Below the pieces are notes generated by a model that did no database searches, was not told the DNA's origin, and was given only the letters and a program-made list of their open reading frames with translations. From Bdellovibrionales bacterium (lineage in GTDB: Bacteria > Bdellovibrionota > Bdellovibrionia > Bdellovibrionales > JAMPXM01): 16,156 nt of DNA. Within the stretch, counting starts at the first letter, position 1, and each line of letters begins with the position of its first letter. The stretch spans positions 1 through 16,156 of the forward strand of contig JAYUEN010000198.1 in the NCBI GenBank assembly GCA_043739185.1, written 5' to 3'. The position numbers and the translations under genes are program-made. Below, one piece after another: positions 1 through 8,077 of this stretch.

Positions 1-666
1 ACACGCGAACAACAAGATCAGTTCGCAATTCGAAGTTATACCAAAGCACAAAAAGCCATTGCCGACGGCGTTTTCAAAAACGAAATAGCGAGTGTCGAAA
101 TAGTAAGTAAAAAAGGGAATCTTCAGATCACGGTTGATGAAGACCCAAGTAAAACTGATTTTTCAAAAATCCCTGGCCTTAAACCGGCTTTTGATAAAAA
201 TGGTACGATCACGGCAGCAAATGCAAGTAAACTCAATGACGGCGCTGCCGCACTTGTGATCGCAAGTCCCGATTTTGTAAAAACCAGTGGGGCCAAACCA
301 ATTGCTAAAATTCTTTCACAGGCAAGTTTTGCGCAAGATCCAAAATGGTTTACTACAGCTCCCATTCCAGCCATAAAAAAAGCCGTAGCAAATGCAGGTC
401 TTAAAATGAGCGACATTGATTTATTTGAGATAAATGAAGCCTTTGCCGTGGTCACCATGGCGGCTCAAAAGGATCTTGAAATTCCAGAGGAAAGAATCAA
501 TGTGCATGGCGGAGCGGTTGCAATTGGCCATCCAATTGGCGCCAGTGGAGCAAGAATCTTAACCACTTTGATCCATGCCTTACATTTTCATAAAAAACGC
601 TATGGTTTGGCCACACTTTGTATTGGTGGTGGCGAAGCGGCAGCAGTCGTAGTGGAGCGCGTATGA
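1..666 (+). CDS. Acetyl-CoA C-acetyltransferase (thiolase), 5'-truncated by window edge
   Basis: Frame 1 is open from base 1 ([13 protein letters not shown]...[25 protein letters not shown]). Thiolase motifs [12 protein letters not shown] and CIGGG are present. Stop TGA at 664-666. Confidence 0.95.
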   Translation, partial: TREQQDQFAIRSYTKAQKAIADGVFKNEIASVEIVSKKGNLQITVDEDPSKTDFSKIPGLKPAFDKNGTITAANASKLNDGAAALVIASPDFVKTSGAKPIAKILSQASFAQDPKWFTTAPIPAIKKAVANAGLKMSDIDLFEINEAFAVVTMAAQKDLEIPEERINVHGGAVAIGHPIGASGARILTTLIHALHFHKKRYGLATLCIGGGEAAAVVVERV

Positions 667-1358
667 GCATTAAAATATTTAAAGATGCGAAATCTGCACT
701 GGTGGGAGTAAAGGACAATATGACCATCTTAGTTGGTGGTTTTGGCCTCTGCGGAATTCCAGAAAATTTGATTGTGGCGCTGAGAGATACGGGCGCAAGA
801 AATCTCACCTGCGTTTCAAATAATGCTGGCGTAGACGATTTTGGCTTGGGACTTTTGCTGCAAACCAGACAAATTAAAAAAATGCTTTCAAGTTATGTTG
901 GCGAAAATGCAACTTTTGAGCGCCAATATTTGAACGGCGAACTTGAGCTTGAATTTTGCCCTCAAGGAACATTGGCAGAGCGCTTACGCGCAGGAGGCGC
1001 CGGAATCCCAGCTTTTTTTACTCCAACCGGAGTCGGCACTTTAGTTGCTGAGGGAAAAGAAGTCCGTAATATCGACGGCAGAGATTATGTCCTTGAACGA
1101 GGAATCACTGGTGATTTCGCCCTAGTTCGCGCCTGGAAAGCCGACACTTTTGGGAACCTTGTTTTCAATAAAACGGCTCGTAATTTCAATCCGATGGTTG
1201 CAACAGCTGGGAAAATCACGGTCGTTGAAGTTGAAGAAATTGTCGAGCTCGGAGAATTAGATCCAGATCAAATTCATGTTCCTGGAGTCTATGTGCAAAG
1301 AATTATCAAATCACCCAAACTTGAAAAACGCATTGAGCAAAGAACGACACGAAAATGA
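663..1358 (+). CDS. scoA: 3-oxoacid CoA-transferase subunit A (ScoA/AtoD family)
   Basis: Motifs [38 protein letters not shown] at 663 overlaps the thiolase stop (ATGA), so it is preferred over the ORF-track start at 618. Confidence 0.93.
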   Translation: MSIKIFKDAKSALVGVKDNMTILVGGFGLCGIPENLIVALRDTGARNLTCVSNNAGVDDFGLGLLLQTRQIKKMLSSYVGENATFERQYLNGELELEFCPQGTLAERLRAGGAGIPAFFTPTGVGTLVAEGKEVRNIDGRDYVLERGITGDFALVRAWKADTFGNLVFNKTARNFNPMVATAGKITVVEVEEIVELGELDPDQIHVPGVYVQRIIKSPKLEKRIEQRTTRK

Positions 1359-1365
1359 GGAATTT

Positions 1366-2022
1366 ATGCCATTAAATAGAGAGCAAATTGCAAAACGAAT
1401 TTCACTTGAAGTGCAACCCAACTATGTCGTCAATTTAGGAATAGGAATTCCGACTTTGGTGGCAAATTATATTCCTGAATCAATGAATGTTATGCTTCAG
1501 AGTGAAAACGGGCTTTTAGGTTTAGGCCCCTTCCCATTAGAAAATGAGGTTGATGCCGACCTGATAAATGCCGGAAAGCAAACGGTCACTACGGTAAAAG
1601 GCGCTAGTTTTTTTTCAAGTAGTGATAGTTTTGCCATGATTCGCGGAGGCCATGTTGATTTGACAGTACTTGGGGCGATGCAAGTCGACGAACAAGGAAG
1701 CATCGCCAACTGGATGATTCCCGGCAAGATGATTAAAGGCATGGGTGGAGCTATGGATCTTGTGGCTGGCGCGCAACGTGTGATCGTGGCTATGCAACAC
1801 ACCGATAAAGACGGAACCCCAAAGCTTTTAAAAAAATGCACTTTGCCGTTAACAGGACTTAAATGTATTAAAAAAATTGTCACCGACTTTGGTGTGATTG
1901 ATGTGACGCCTAAAGGATTCGTTTTGGTTGAATACGCTCCTGATCTAAGTCCAGAACAAGTTGTTAAAAGTACCGGGGCTCATTTAGAGATTTCTAAAGA
2001 ATGCCGACCTATGAAGTTGTGA
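1366..2022 (+). CDS. scoB: 3-oxoacid CoA-transferase subunit B (ScoB/AtoA family)
   Basis: VNLGIGIPT, catalytic SENG motif, [17 protein letters not shown] at 1357-1361 precedes ATG 1366. Confidence 0.93.
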   Translation: MPLNREQIAKRISLEVQPNYVVNLGIGIPTLVANYIPESMNVMLQSENGLLGLGPFPLENEVDADLINAGKQTVTTVKGASFFSSSDSFAMIRGGHVDLTVLGAMQVDEQGSIANWMIPGKMIKGMGGAMDLVAGAQRVIVAMQHTDKDGTPKLLKKCTLPLTGLKCIKKIVTDFGVIDVTPKGFVLVEYAPDLSPEQVVKSTGAHLEISKECRPMKL

Positions 2023-2026
2023 TATA

Positions 2027-2096
2027 TGGTCGTTTAATTTTGAATCAGATCTGGCCCGTTTAATTTGAACTGGCTCAGACTTTATTTAAATTGAAC
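2027..2096. promoter_or_regulatory. Three phased copies of an imperfect palindrome (GTTTAATTTGAAC-like); putative transcription-factor operator array
   Basis: cgtttaattttgaa (2031-2044), cgtttaatttgaac (2057-2070), atttaaattgaac (2084-2096). TGAA cores at 2041, 2066 and 2092. Confidence 0.45.
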
Positions 2097-2141
2097 TATC
2101 TATGACAGCTTTATATTGGATTTTCTTTAAAGGTTGCAACT

Positions 2142-3134
2142 TTGAGCGGCACAAAGAACTTAAAAAAAGGCGATTTACTCTTCAGAGAAGGTGATCCTTC
2201 TGACTGTATGTATGTTGTCAAATCCGGAAAACTTGCAATCATGAAAACCAAAGGGGCTGGAGAAATCGTTCTAGCCGAAATTGGCGCCGGAGATATGGTT
2301 GGCGAGATGGCCTTTTTTGACAATAAGCCTCGCAGTGCTGGCGCAAAAGCATTGGCTGATACGATTGTCATTGAACTGCCTTTTAAAGCACTCAATTCTC
2401 AATTTAAGACTTTCCCCGAATGGTTAAAGGCCATCATGCGTTCGGTGAATACGCATCTACGCAATGCCAACCAAAAAATCAAAAACCTCGAAAAATCAGG
2501 CGATGAAGAGGTCGCCGTATTTCCTCCTCACACTGTCACTCGACTTATCGCAATTTTGGTTATGGTTACTCACAAATACGGTGAAAAAGATGAAAAAGGA
2601 AATTTTGTGGTGCCTTCAGGGACACTTCGCAAATACACCATTCAAATTTTTCAACAACCAACTAATAAAATGCAAAAAATGACAGAAATGCTTCAAGCTT
2701 TTGGACATATGAGTTCAGAAGATCTTGGCGAGGGCCGAGTCAAGTTGACGGTTTTTCAGCCCGACTTTCTTTTTAACTTTGTTGAATTTTATAATGACTA
2801 TTTGTTCAAAGAAGATTCAAAACGCACCACGGTTTTAGAAAAAGAAATGAAATCAATTTACGCCCTCATTCACTTCGGACAAAGACAACTTCCTGACGAA
2901 AAAGGTATTGTAAAAGTTAATCTAACAGGAATGCAAAATGACTCAATGAAAGAGCTGCATTATCTTTTCAGTGTTGATGATGTTGATTCTTTGGCTGGAA
3001 AAAAGTTAACAAGCGAAAAAGTATCAGAAGAAGGCGCCCAACTGAGCTGCACCTTCAATTTCGCTGAACTGCGCACCATTTATCCCTACTGGGAATTAAT
3101 TCATGCTTTTAAGAAAGTCACTAAAACTGATTAA
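2142..3134 (+). CDS. Cyclic-nucleotide-binding domain protein (Crp/Fnr-like)
   Basis: N-terminal cNMP domain: LFREGD, YVVKSG, GEMAFF...PRSA phosphate-binding cassette, then a C-helix. TTG start is uncertain. Confidence 0.85.
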   Translation: MSGTKNLKKGDLLFREGDPSDCMYVVKSGKLAIMKTKGAGEIVLAEIGAGDMVGEMAFFDNKPRSAGAKALADTIVIELPFKALNSQFKTFPEWLKAIMRSVNTHLRNANQKIKNLEKSGDEEVAVFPPHTVTRLIAILVMVTHKYGEKDEKGNFVVPSGTLRKYTIQIFQQPTNKMQKMTEMLQAFGHMSSEDLGEGRVKLTVFQPDFLFNFVEFYNDYLFKEDSKRTTVLEKEMKSIYALIHFGQRQLPDEKGIVKVNLTGMQNDSMKELHYLFSVDDVDSLAGKKLTSEKVSEEGAQLSCTFNFAELRTIYPYWELIHAFKKVTKTD

Positions 3135-3269
3135 GATTCGAATAGGTCGCGTCGTCAGCCATCAGAGCGGCACGCATCGAATTGATATTCAGCGAAGATA
3201 CAAATCGCCTCAAAATATAAAGTATTGCTATTAGAAATGCGGAACTCAAATACACAAATTCAAATCTTT

Positions 3270-3297
3270 TAAAATTCGGCCAGGCTTTCGCCGAAAT
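3270..3297 (+). promoter_or_regulatory. Possible sigma-28 (FliA)-type promoter for the downstream lipoprotein
   Basis: TAAA(3270-3273)-N16-GCCGAAAT(3290-3297) versus consensus TAAA-N15-GCCGATAA. The same bases also form a ttcggc/gccgaa hairpin. Confidence 0.3.
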
Positions 3298-3408
3298 TAA
3301 TAATTGTTTCGTTAGCTTTGTAGTCACTTCAATAATTATTTTTACGAGCTATATTATTTTTTCAGAATCAATCCTATGCTGATAGTAGATCTATCTGAGG
3401 AGGAAAAA

Positions 3409-4416
3409 ATGATGATTCGAAATGTTTTAGGTTTTATTTTACTTGCAGGCATATTGAGCGCTTGCCAATCCGGATTTGCGCCGGTGTCAGGAGCTGCAAA
3501 TAATACTCAAGCGAGCTCTTCGAATCCTCCTTCTCCTGCTTCAATTGTAGTTGACCAATCAAAGGCTCACAAGATGTTACTCGATCTTTCAAGTCAATTG
3601 AGTGTCAAAGCAAATGCCGGTTTGTTCGCACTTACACCAACGCAAATTGCCAATCTCATCTCCCAAATTGAAGCGGAATTGGCGGCGGCTCATCTTTCAA
3701 GTAGCAATGATTTAAATTTGATTCTTCCGATTTTAATGGCAGGGGCTAGTTCGGCAATTGGTGGCCTAAATCTGAGCAGTGTGACGGACATTTCAAGTTT
3801 GCTTTCAAGTATTGCAAATAGTTATTTGGCGTCAGCGCTCAAATTATCAAGCGGACAAATTTCTCTTGCTCAAATTGAAAGTCTCGCCGCATCTCTTTTT
3901 GCAAACCTTTCAAAATCTGGGGTCGCGCAGAGTGATCTCTCAAGCCTTGCAAATTCAGTCATGAGTCTCCTCTTAGGAGATATTGCTTCAACGGGCCTGG
4001 CCTCAATTGGTCCAGCCCTAGAATCAATTGTTCAAAGTATTGCCTCTGGTGCAATAACAGGTCTCGGTAAGAGCGGTATATCTTCTGATTTATTAAATTC
4101 CATACTCAATGATCTGGGCGCTGGGGGTTTTTCCGGAATTAGTAATTTGATAAATTCACTTTCCGGAAAAGGCCTAGCATCAACATTAGAGTCACTCCTA
4201 AAAGCCTTTGCAGCTGGCTCTAACAGTGGGCTTTCAAATATAATTGGCATTTTAGCTAGCGGTGGGTCCTCTTCCCAAATTCTAAACCAATTGCTAATGA
4301 GTTTACTTGGTGGAATGAGTGGCGCCGCCAATAATTCCGGAAGTCCTCAAAACGCAATATCGCTCATAGCCTCATTTATCGAAATGCTGATCGTAAATGG
4401 CGTTTTGAAAATATAA
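3409..4416 (+). CDS. Hypothetical lipoprotein, Ser/Leu/Gly/Ala-rich with helical repeats
   Basis: Strong GAGGAGG RBS just before ATG 3409. Signal peptide MMIRNVLGFILLAGILSA|C with lipobox LSAC. Long open frame. Confidence 0.75.
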   Translation: MMIRNVLGFILLAGILSACQSGFAPVSGAANNTQASSSNPPSPASIVVDQSKAHKMLLDLSSQLSVKANAGLFALTPTQIANLISQIEAELAAAHLSSSNDLNLILPILMAGASSAIGGLNLSSVTDISSLLSSIANSYLASALKLSSGQISLAQIESLAASLFANLSKSGVAQSDLSSLANSVMSLLLGDIASTGLASIGPALESIVQSIASGAITGLGKSGISSDLLNSILNDLGAGGFSGISNLINSLSGKGLASTLESLLKAFAAGSNSGLSNIIGILASGGSSSQILNQLLMSLLGGMSGAANNSGSPQNAISLIASFIEMLIVNGVLKI

Positions 4417-4442
4417 ATGAGTTTTTCTTTTAAAACTTTTCA

Positions 4443-4482
4443 GCCTTGGCAACCGCATACTATATTTGCGGTCGCCACAGGC
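4443..4482. terminator. Stem-loop between convergent genes, probable terminator
   Basis: gcct-tggcaaccgca / 9-nt loop / tgcggtcgcca-c-aggc, with one mismatch and one bulge. No clean U-tract on either side. Confidence 0.55.
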
Positions 4483-4545
4483 GCATTTAGATGAGTCCAA
4501 AATTAATGGGAGCTTCGTTGCCTTCGCCGGCGGCCTACCTGCTGC

Positions 4546-5949
4546 TTAAGTCGATTGAATTGAAATGCTTTTTCGGTTTATATTGAAATCAAATAAAGCT
4601 GCAATTCCGTTCATACCAGTTCCTGATTGCTTTATATTTTGAGAAGCAAATTCTTCTAACTCAAGAGTTTTAAAATTAAAAATTATTCTACTTGAATCTA
4701 TTTGCCCACCGAGTTTATGAGAGCGAATAATGTCATTTGTCCAAATATAGGTAGTCCCACCGAAAGCGCCAGAATTTAAAATCTTTGGTAGGTCAGCAGC
4801 ATATTTAAAGCTTTGAAGAAAGAGGATAGGGCCCAAAAGGTCTTCTTGATAGAGTGTAGAACAATTGGTGAGGTCTTCGTATATGACTAATGGCATTTGC
4901 GTTGAATCTTTGAAATCTTTTCGAATGAGAATTTTTGCGCGATCTTTTTCAGATTTTTTTATATAGTTTATAAAGCGAACGTTGAACTCATTTATAGGTA
5001 AGCAGCCTATCATTTCAGCTAGGCTGCCATCCTCAATTCGTGCTTCAATTTGATTAATTAATTCTTGTTTGAATTCTTTTAAAATCTTTTCTTGCACAAG
5101 AATGCGATTGATTCGGTTGCGACCATAATAATGAAGTTCTAAGCCGAGTTCTAGAATTTTCGAAATACAGCCCTTAAGATCACAGTCAGCAAATGCGATT
5201 GCCGCATTATGCACCCCCAAAAAGCTATGCAATCTTTTATGATTTTCAGCAGCCAATTTATGTAGCATTTCTCCCCTGCTCGACTCTCCATAGTAAGCCA
5301 AATATTTAACGCCAGGATGTTCAAGCATAGCGATTGAAATGGCATCTCCTCTTCCTAAAATGACATTAAATACGCCGTCTAAAATTTTTGCTTGGATAGC
5401 GAGTTCGGCAAGCTTCAAGCTCGAACGCATCGAAAGCTCTGAAGGCTGAAGAATGACCAAATTTCCGCAGCGTAATGACATTGCTAGATTCGCTAAAAGT
5501 ACGGCAAAGGACTGCTGCCAATCTAATATCAGGCCGGTTAATCCAAGCGCCGAATGAACTTGAAACTGGCTCATGTTTTTTTGGCTCAAGTATTGAGCTT
5601 CTGGTTGGAATTTTAGGCACTTGTAAAAATTTTGAATTGCATAAAGACATAGTTTTTTGGCTACTTGAGGAGAACTTCCCTGATCCTCACTCTCAAATCG
5701 AATGAAAACCTCTAAATTTTCCTCAATCAGTTGCCCAAAGTTCTCTAATAGTAGAATTCGCGAGGCTGTAGTTAGCTCCTGCCATTTCCTTTGAGCATTG
5801 TTGCCCGCTTGAACAGCTGCCACGATATCCATATAATCAGAATTTACAAAGGAAGGGCTTTCTCCCTTAGTTTTTGGCAGTTGCTGATTCAGTTTTTCAA
5901 CGACTCGACCACTTGATCGACCATTGATAAAATTTTTTAAAGTCTCCAT
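4546..5949 (-). CDS. Aldehyde dehydrogenase family protein, degenerate active site (probable pseudoenzyme)
   Basis: ALDH fold landmarks: NFING start, AAVQA, GN.VILQPSE, DGVFNVILG.G, HPGV, EDLLGP, KQSGTG. Catalytic motifs are altered (see findings). Confidence 0.8.
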   Translation of the reverse strand: METLKNFINGRSSGRVVEKLNQQLPKTKGESPSFVNSDYMDIVAAVQAGNNAQRKWQELTTASRILLLENFGQLIEENLEVFIRFESEDQGSSPQVAKKLCLYAIQNFYKCLKFQPEAQYLSQKNMSQFQVHSALGLTGLILDWQQSFAVLLANLAMSLRCGNLVILQPSELSMRSSLKLAELAIQAKILDGVFNVILGRGDAISIAMLEHPGVKYLAYYGESSRGEMLHKLAAENHKRLHSFLGVHNAAIAFADCDLKGCISKILELGLELHYYGRNRINRILVQEKILKEFKQELINQIEARIEDGSLAEMIGCLPINEFNVRFINYIKKSEKDRAKILIRKDFKDSTQMPLVIYEDLTNCSTLYQEDLLGPILFLQSFKYAADLPKILNSGAFGGTTYIWTNDIIRSHKLGGQIDSSRIIFNFKTLELEEFASQNIKQSGTGMNGIAALFDFNINRKSISIQST

Positions 5950-6044
5950 CCGCAGTATTTTGCCTGAAATGAATTAAACTTCATACATCTTTGTGCCGAC
6001 ACTCGGCGGCTGGCCGCACGCGTTGATCTATTACTAGGAGTATC

Positions 6045-6073
6045 TTGCTTGCCATCTCAAGTCTGAATAAGAT
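6045..6073 (+). promoter_or_regulatory. Putative sigma-70 promoter of the CDF gene
   Basis: TTGCTT(6045-6050)-17 nt-TAAGAT(6068-6073), ending 6 nt before ATG 6080. Confidence 0.4.
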
Positions 6074-6079
6074 TGCACT

Positions 6080-7006
6080 ATGTCGAGTGAAAAAGCGCAT
6101 CATCATGATCATCATCATGACCACCACCACGGTCATTCACATCTACACGGCCATCATCATCAAACTTTCGGGCCCGCGTTTTTTCTCAATTTTTTATTGA
6201 GCATTATTGAAATGTTAGGTGGCATTTGGATCGGCAGTTTTGCGATTTTAGCAGGTGCTATTCATGATTTTGGCGACGCTATAAGTCTGGGACTGGCATG
6301 GTATCTTGAGCACATTGCGAATCAAAAGAGGAACGACCAATTTAACTTTGGATATCGCCGATTTTCGCTACTTTCGGCATTGATAGCGGGTGTGGTCATA
6401 CTTTCAGGCTCAATCATGATTTGTATTCAAGCGATCAAAGATTTTGGTGTGGCTCATCAGCCCGACCCGAAGATGATGATTGTATTCTCTTTACTGGGTT
6501 TGACGGTCAATGCGGTTTCGGCTTGGAAGATGAGCCGAGGGAAAACTAAAAATGAAAAAATTTTGACCTGGCATCTTATTGAAGATTTTCTGAGCTGGTT
6601 CGCCGTTTTATTAAGTTCAATTTTAATTTTTTATACTAAACTTTGGTGGCTCGATCCGGTGGTTGCAGTCGCGCTCAGTGTCTTTGTCGCCTTCAATGTA
6701 TTTAAACATTTAAAATCGACTATTTTTTTATTTTTACAAGCTAGGCCTGAAGAATTTAAAGAGCAGATCTTCATTGAAGAAGTCACAAAAATCGACGGGA
6801 TATTCAAAGTCACCCATATTGCCACCTGGTCGCTCGATGGAGTTCACAATATCTTGTCTTGCCGGATTATATTTTCTAAGGATTTCAGTGTTTCACAACT
6901 CGAACAAATTAATAAATCAATAAAAGCTATTGCCAATTCTCAGGGTAAATTTGAAGTCACCATCGAGCCTCATTATGCACCAGATTGTGATTGTGCCGTT
7001 ACATGA
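6080..7006 (+). CDS. Cation diffusion facilitator (CzcD/ZitB-like Zn/Co/Cd exporter) with His-rich N-terminus
   Basis: Poly-His N-terminus, HDFGD (TM2) and HLIED (TM5) site-A motifs, FGYRRFS motif, six hydrophobic helices and a C-terminal cytoplasmic domain. Confidence 0.92.
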   Translation: MSSEKAHHHDHHHDHHHGHSHLHGHHHQTFGPAFFLNFLLSIIEMLGGIWIGSFAILAGAIHDFGDAISLGLAWYLEHIANQKRNDQFNFGYRRFSLLSALIAGVVILSGSIMICIQAIKDFGVAHQPDPKMMIVFSLLGLTVNAVSAWKMSRGKTKNEKILTWHLIEDFLSWFAVLLSSILIFYTKLWWLDPVVAVALSVFVAFNVFKHLKSTIFLFLQARPEEFKEQIFIEEVTKIDGIFKVTHIATWSLDGVHNILSCRIIFSKDFSVSQLEQINKSIKAIANSQGKFEVTIEPHYAPDCDCAVT

Positions 7007-8073
7007 AATTGAATTTATCTCTGTTTAAAAATATACTAGCTGTTTGTTTACTCGGATTTTTTGCAATCGGCGCATTTATGGGTGGCAACTTATTTAATAA
7101 TTTCAAATTTATTAAAGAACCCCAGCCGCTGAACTTGCTTATTTACAATCACTTTATTTCGCCCGAGGTATTTCACGATATTGAAAACAACTATAATTTG
7201 AAAATTAATGTCGACTATGCCGATAGCTTATTTGAGATTGAAGACAAGTTAAAGGATCCAAAAGCGAAATACGATTTGATATCGATTTACTCTTTTCAAG
7301 CATTAGAATTAGATGAAGAAGCGCGGCTTCAACCCATCAATTGGTCCTTGATAAAAAATCTAAAAAATATTTCAAGTGACTTTATGAGCCTTGGTGGCGA
7401 CGAACTTTCTAAAAAACTATTGCCCTTAAGTTGGGGTGTTAATGGCATTGCCTACGACGAATCTAAGTTTGAAGGCCCCATTGAATCTTGGGAACAAGTC
7501 TTGATTCAACTGCCGGCAAAAGAGCATATCTTGCTAATGGACATTCCACTTAGCCTTTTTCAACTGGGGCAATTGAAATCAAAAAGCCTTCAAAAAAATG
7601 CCGCTTCCGAGCAAAACCTCAAAAATGCTCTAAGTAATTTGATGAAATTTGCGGATCTTTATCATTTGGGAAGTGCGCATATTCCACTTGTAAGGAATTA
7701 TGCGCTTATTGAGGCCGCACAGGCCGGCTTACCAAAAGAAACTGCAATGAAGTCCTTCAAATTTGTAATACCTAAAGAAGGCGGCTTATTTTGGACTCTT
7801 AATTTGGCAGAGCCACGTTTTGCTCCGCACCCTAAGGAAATTGCCGTTTTTCTTGGAGCTATACTAGAAAAAAAGGTGGCATTGTCTATTCTCAACTTTG
7901 GGGGTGCGAGCTCCACGAGCCTCACGCTGAACGACGAAAATGTTGACCCAAAATTGAAAGCTCAATTTATTAGAGAGATTCCCCTCACCAAACTAAAGTT
8001 TCAAACTAGTTTTCCGGATGCGGGTCTTTTTTCGCAATTGATAGAAGAAGCACAAAAGGCATCGAAGAAATAA
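7003..8073 (+). CDS. Extracellular solute-binding protein, divergent PotD/PotF-like
   Basis: N-terminal hydrophobic anchor. Segments YDLI, INWSLIKNLKNI, PLSWGVNGIAY, ESWEQV and FVIPKEG match polyamine SBP landmarks. ATG 7003 overlaps the CDF stop (ATGA). Confidence 0.7.
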   Translation: MKLNLSLFKNILAVCLLGFFAIGAFMGGNLFNNFKFIKEPQPLNLLIYNHFISPEVFHDIENNYNLKINVDYADSLFEIEDKLKDPKAKYDLISIYSFQALELDEEARLQPINWSLIKNLKNISSDFMSLGGDELSKKLLPLSWGVNGIAYDESKFEGPIESWEQVLIQLPAKEHILLMDIPLSLFQLGQLKSKSLQKNAASEQNLKNALSNLMKFADLYHLGSAHIPLVRNYALIEAAQAGLPKETAMKSFKFVIPKEGGLFWTLNLAEPRFAPHPKEIAVFLGAILEKKVALSILNFGGASSTSLTLNDENVDPKLKAQFIREIPLTKLKFQTSFPDAGLFSQLIEEAQKASKK

Positions 8074-8077
8074 ATTT

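Noticed and set aside
618..662. N-terminal extension of scoA in the ORF track (likewise 1276 for scoB, 3376 for the lipoprotein, 6991 for the SBP)
   Set aside because: Downstream ATGs have an RBS or ATGA coupling and match the expected N-termini.
123..1883. Antisense ORFs 123..458, 497..808, 1497..1883 and 1615..1800
   Set aside because: They are shadows of the well-supported thiolase/scoA/scoB genes and carry no motifs of their own.
2027..2096. Mini-CRISPR interpretation of the phased repeats (also 8686-8756 and 15187-15234)
   Set aside because: The repeats are too short or degenerate, spacers are 0-14 nt, there are only 2-3 copies, and no cas genes are present.
3121..3327. 68-aa minus-strand ORF with one hydrophobic stretch (FEFVYLSSAFLIAILYIL)
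   Set aside because: GTG start without an RBS, hydrophobicity is expected from AT-rich DNA, and there is no recognisable motif. It cannot be fully excluded as a small membrane protein without homology or ribosome-profiling data.
4546..5949. Calling the ALDH homologue a pseudogene
   Set aside because: No frameshift or internal stop over 467 codons, and the length is normal for the family.
5975..6002. TAAA-N16-GCCGACAC as a sigma-28 promoter for the CDF gene
   Set aside because: Only a 6/8 match at -10, it is part of a GC-rich palindrome, and a better sigma-70-like promoter lies closer to the start.
6098..6160. CAT/CAC trinucleotide run as a contingency (phase-variable) repeat
   Set aside because: It encodes the His-rich CDF tail with mixed codons; length changes would stay in frame.
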